Of a stretch of 64,000 nucleotides of DNA, positions 61,891-64,000 are shown piece by piece. The notes under the pieces were generated by a model, which had not been told where the DNA came from, ran no database searches, and saw only the letters and a list, made by a program, of their open reading frames with translations. The translations under genes and the position numbers were made by a program. How positions within the stretch are numbered: position 1 is the stretch's first letter; every line of letters starts with the position of its first letter. The DNA comes from Candidatus Falkowbacteria bacterium (GTDB lineage Bacteria > Patescibacteriota > Patescibacteriia > Patescibacteriales > UBA12465). The DNA lies in the NCBI GenBank assembly GCA_037134915.1, contig JBAXLJ010000002.1:935-64934 (forward strand), in the 5' to 3' direction.

Positions 61891-62769
61891 ATGGAAAAAA
61901 ACAATCATAATTATTCAATTGGCGTGGTAACTTATATTAATCGGTATCATACTTATTTCAAGAAAAACATTGAAAGTCTGGCCAAGTATTTTCCTGATAA
62001 ACAAATTATTTGTATAATCAATGGTCATCCAGACAAAGTAAGAAATATCGCCTACTTAAAAGAAATCACTAGTTGGTTATCGACTTTTAATAATGTTAAA
62101 TATGTCACCTTTGAAGATCACCAATCTCTGGCTAAGTGCTGGAATTGGATATTACTAATGTCATCTACGGAAAATAACCTATTCTTGAATGATGATATTT
62201 CTGTAAAACAAAAATTTAGACAAGATTTTGAAAGCCATCTAGCAGATAATTTAGATTTTTTTGCTATCAATAATTCTTTTTCCCATTTTTTACTTAATAA
62301 AAAAGTAGTCAAAAAAATAGGCTGGTTTGATGAACGATTTTTGGGGGTGGGGTATGAGGATGGCGATTATTTAATTAGATTAGCTCAAGGAGGCATTGAT
62401 TTGGTTAGCGTTACTTGCCGCGATATTGTAAATTTTATTGCCAAAAATTATGATCCTGGATTCAAAGAAATTTCTACCTCAATGATGAATGATAAATATT
62501 CTAGCGTAAATGGTGAATTCATGAGAAAAAAATGGTTTTTCAATCATCTTGGCGATGTTGATTTTGGTCATGATATTGAATTTTTTTGGAATGATCAAGA
62601 ATACCTTGTTAAGTTAAAAGATGAGATGGCAACTCCGGTTTTTTACAGTTATGAGCTGCTTGATAATAATTTAAGATTTTCTTTGGATCTTAGCGATATC
62701 TCCGACAGCATTAGTGATATTAAAAAAACTTTCAAGAGCTATTTAAAAAGTTTTTTTAAAGTTAAATAA
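61891..62769 (+). CDS. Glycosyltransferase-like protein (GT2-like, GT-A fold)
   Basis: YSIGVVTYINR at the N terminus and LFLNDDISV (DxD-like). Family-level guess. Confidence 0.5.
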   Translation: MEKNNHNYSIGVVTYINRYHTYFKKNIESLAKYFPDKQIICIINGHPDKVRNIAYLKEITSWLSTFNNVKYVTFEDHQSLAKCWNWILLMSSTENNLFLNDDISVKQKFRQDFESHLADNLDFFAINNSFSHFLLNKKVVKKIGWFDERFLGVGYEDGDYLIRLAQGGIDLVSVTCRDIVNFIAKNYDPGFKEISTSMMNDKYSSVNGEFMRKKWFFNHLGDVDFGHDIEFFWNDQEYLVKLKDEMATPVFYSYELLDNNLRFSLDLSDISDSISDIKKTFKSYLKSFFKVK

Positions 62770-62783
62770 TTTATTAAAAAATT

Positions 62784-63728
62784 ATGAGCCTTAATAATAA
62801 AATCAGGAAATTTGTATCAGCCACTAAAGAAGAAAAAGTTGTATACTTTTTTAAATTCTTTAAAAAAATTTATATTTTGATCTTACCATTTTTTAGATTA
62901 TTTAAACTTCCATTTGTTTCTGGTTCAAAAAGAAGAAATATTTTTCTAGATTTTTCGGAGAGAATGACTAATCTGGGTAAATTTATTAGATATAGATATT
63001 ATCTGGGGTTTAAATTGTTTTACAGCTGCTCTAAAAACGGTACCGGAATAGTTAATCATATAATGTTTGATAATATATATGAAAAAGATACCTGTGTTTT
63101 TTTGAAAGAATCTTTAAGAGGCCTCAATAAACCTTCTTTTGTGGATGTTGGGGCTAATATCGGTTTAATTAGCTTGTTTTTACTAAAAAATGTTAAAGAC
63201 ATTTCCATATACGCTTTTGAGCCATCTCCTCATCAGCACATGTTATTTAAAAAAACTATTGAAGAAAATAATATTTCTGACTCCGTTAAGTTGTTTGACC
63301 TAGCCTTAAGCGATACTAGCGGTACGGTGCCATTTTTTGTGCACAACGAAGCAAACTGTTCCGGTGATGGATTCTATGATACTGGCAGGGGTGGTGACGG
63401 TAGGGTGATAAATGTAATTGCGACTCCTCTAGATCTTTGGTGGCAGAATAATGGAAAAGTTAAAATTGATTTAATTAAGGTTGATACGGAGGGCGCCGAA
63501 CTATCTGTCTTTAAGGGGGCTAAAGAATTAATAACCGAATGTCATCCTTGCATATTTTTTGAAATGCAGGAAGTTAATTACAGAGCTTATAATTATACAT
63601 GGAGAGATGTCTTATCTTTTTTTGAATCAATAAATTATTCGGTTTACACCGAATCGGGAAAAAAATTAGATATTTATAATACCGAGGAAATAATGCTTGA
63701 TAATTATAATTTTATTGCTAAAAATTAG
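62784..63728 (+). CDS. FkbM-family methyltransferase
   Basis: FVDVGANIGLISLF and IDLIKVDTEGAELSVFKGA. Confidence 0.8.
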   Translation: MSLNNKIRKFVSATKEEKVVYFFKFFKKIYILILPFFRLFKLPFVSGSKRRNIFLDFSERMTNLGKFIRYRYYLGFKLFYSCSKNGTGIVNHIMFDNIYEKDTCVFLKESLRGLNKPSFVDVGANIGLISLFLLKNVKDISIYAFEPSPHQHMLFKKTIEENNISDSVKLFDLALSDTSGTVPFFVHNEANCSGDGFYDTGRGGDGRVINVIATPLDLWWQNNGKVKIDLIKVDTEGAELSVFKGAKELITECHPCIFFEMQEVNYRAYNYTWRDVLSFFESINYSVYTESGKKLDIYNTEEIMLDNYNFIAKN

Positions 63729-63746
63729 CATTTTATTCACAGCTAT

Positions 63747-64000
63747 ATGGAGAAAAATATTTGGGAAAAAGAAGAATACTATAAGGATATTGAAAACACT
63801 CACTCAGATGATCTTATAAAAGAAGATTCTATATTCTTGCATTTTATCGAGCTGCTAAAGGAAAATAAACCAGCCTCAGTTTTGGATGTCGGTTGCGGTG
63901 AGGGGTGGCTAATTGATCAATTTTCTAAGCGAGTAGATATCGTCCAGTCATTTACGGGTATTGATGTTTCAAGTATTGGATTAAAAAGAGCTGAAGGAAA
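63747..64000 (+). CDS. Class I SAM-dependent methyltransferase, 3' end cut by the window edge
   Basis: SVLDVGCGEGWLI (motif I). The ORF runs off the end of the window. Confidence 0.7.
   Translation, partial: MEKNIWEKEEYYKDIENTHSDDLIKEDSIFLHFIELLKENKPASVLDVGCGEGWLIDQFSKRVDIVQSFTGIDVSSIGLKRAEG

Noticed and set aside
1-64000. An alternative genetic code (UGA reassigned, as in some CPR lineages).
   Set aside because: Long conserved genes (clpB, leuS, gatA, pgk) are uninterrupted under code 11, and TGA functions as a terminal stop (for example at 30944-46). Nothing requires recoding.

Overview
This 64-kb window looks like a chromosomal segment of an AT-rich, small-genome bacterium. The gene content resembles Patescibacteria/CPR, inferred from giant repeat adhesins, many orphan membrane or secreted proteins and sparse metabolism. 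All ORFs read cleanly with the standard code. I can support about 54 CDS and one tRNA. No rRNA, CRISPR array or cas gene is visible. Housekeeping blocks: def, clpB, a second membrane-anchored Clp ATPase, a WecA-QueH fusion, an L,D-transpeptidase, pgk, gatC, gatA (5.3-25.9 kb); leuS and pgeF (34.3-37.5 kb); pgl, gnd, rpsD, a radical SAM enzyme, PAP2, DedA and a glycan-synthesis cluster (49.5-64 kb). Three regions stand out. (1) 26.05-34.2 kb: between tRNA-Ser(GGA) and leuS lie ten co-oriented, AT-richer ORFs arranged mostly as single-gene cassettes. Their boundaries carry a repeated ~55-75 bp element made of a tRNA-3'-end-like core plus a hairpin whose sequence varies while the stem is kept. 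Several copies also form TTGACA-N17-TATnnT promoters. No recombinase is present in the window. This is my best candidate for an undescribed system. (2) 3.49-5.33 kb: an orphan retron/UG-like reverse transcriptase (YVDN instead of YxDD, ~170-aa insertion between motifs A and B) preceded by a ~275-nt GC-enriched, ORF-poor, foldable leader. This suggests an RT plus ncRNA module with no neighbouring effector gene. (3) 0-3.4 kb and 37.9-49.3 kb: giant modular surface proteins with poly-Gly linkers, a shared 4-Cys module and a perfect 321-bp tandem duplication. Smaller observations include a CIRCE operator on clpB, an iteron-like triple repeat over a leaderless HTH gene, and several degenerate-active-site paralogs. 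All calls come from reading the sequence and translations by eye. No database search was run.
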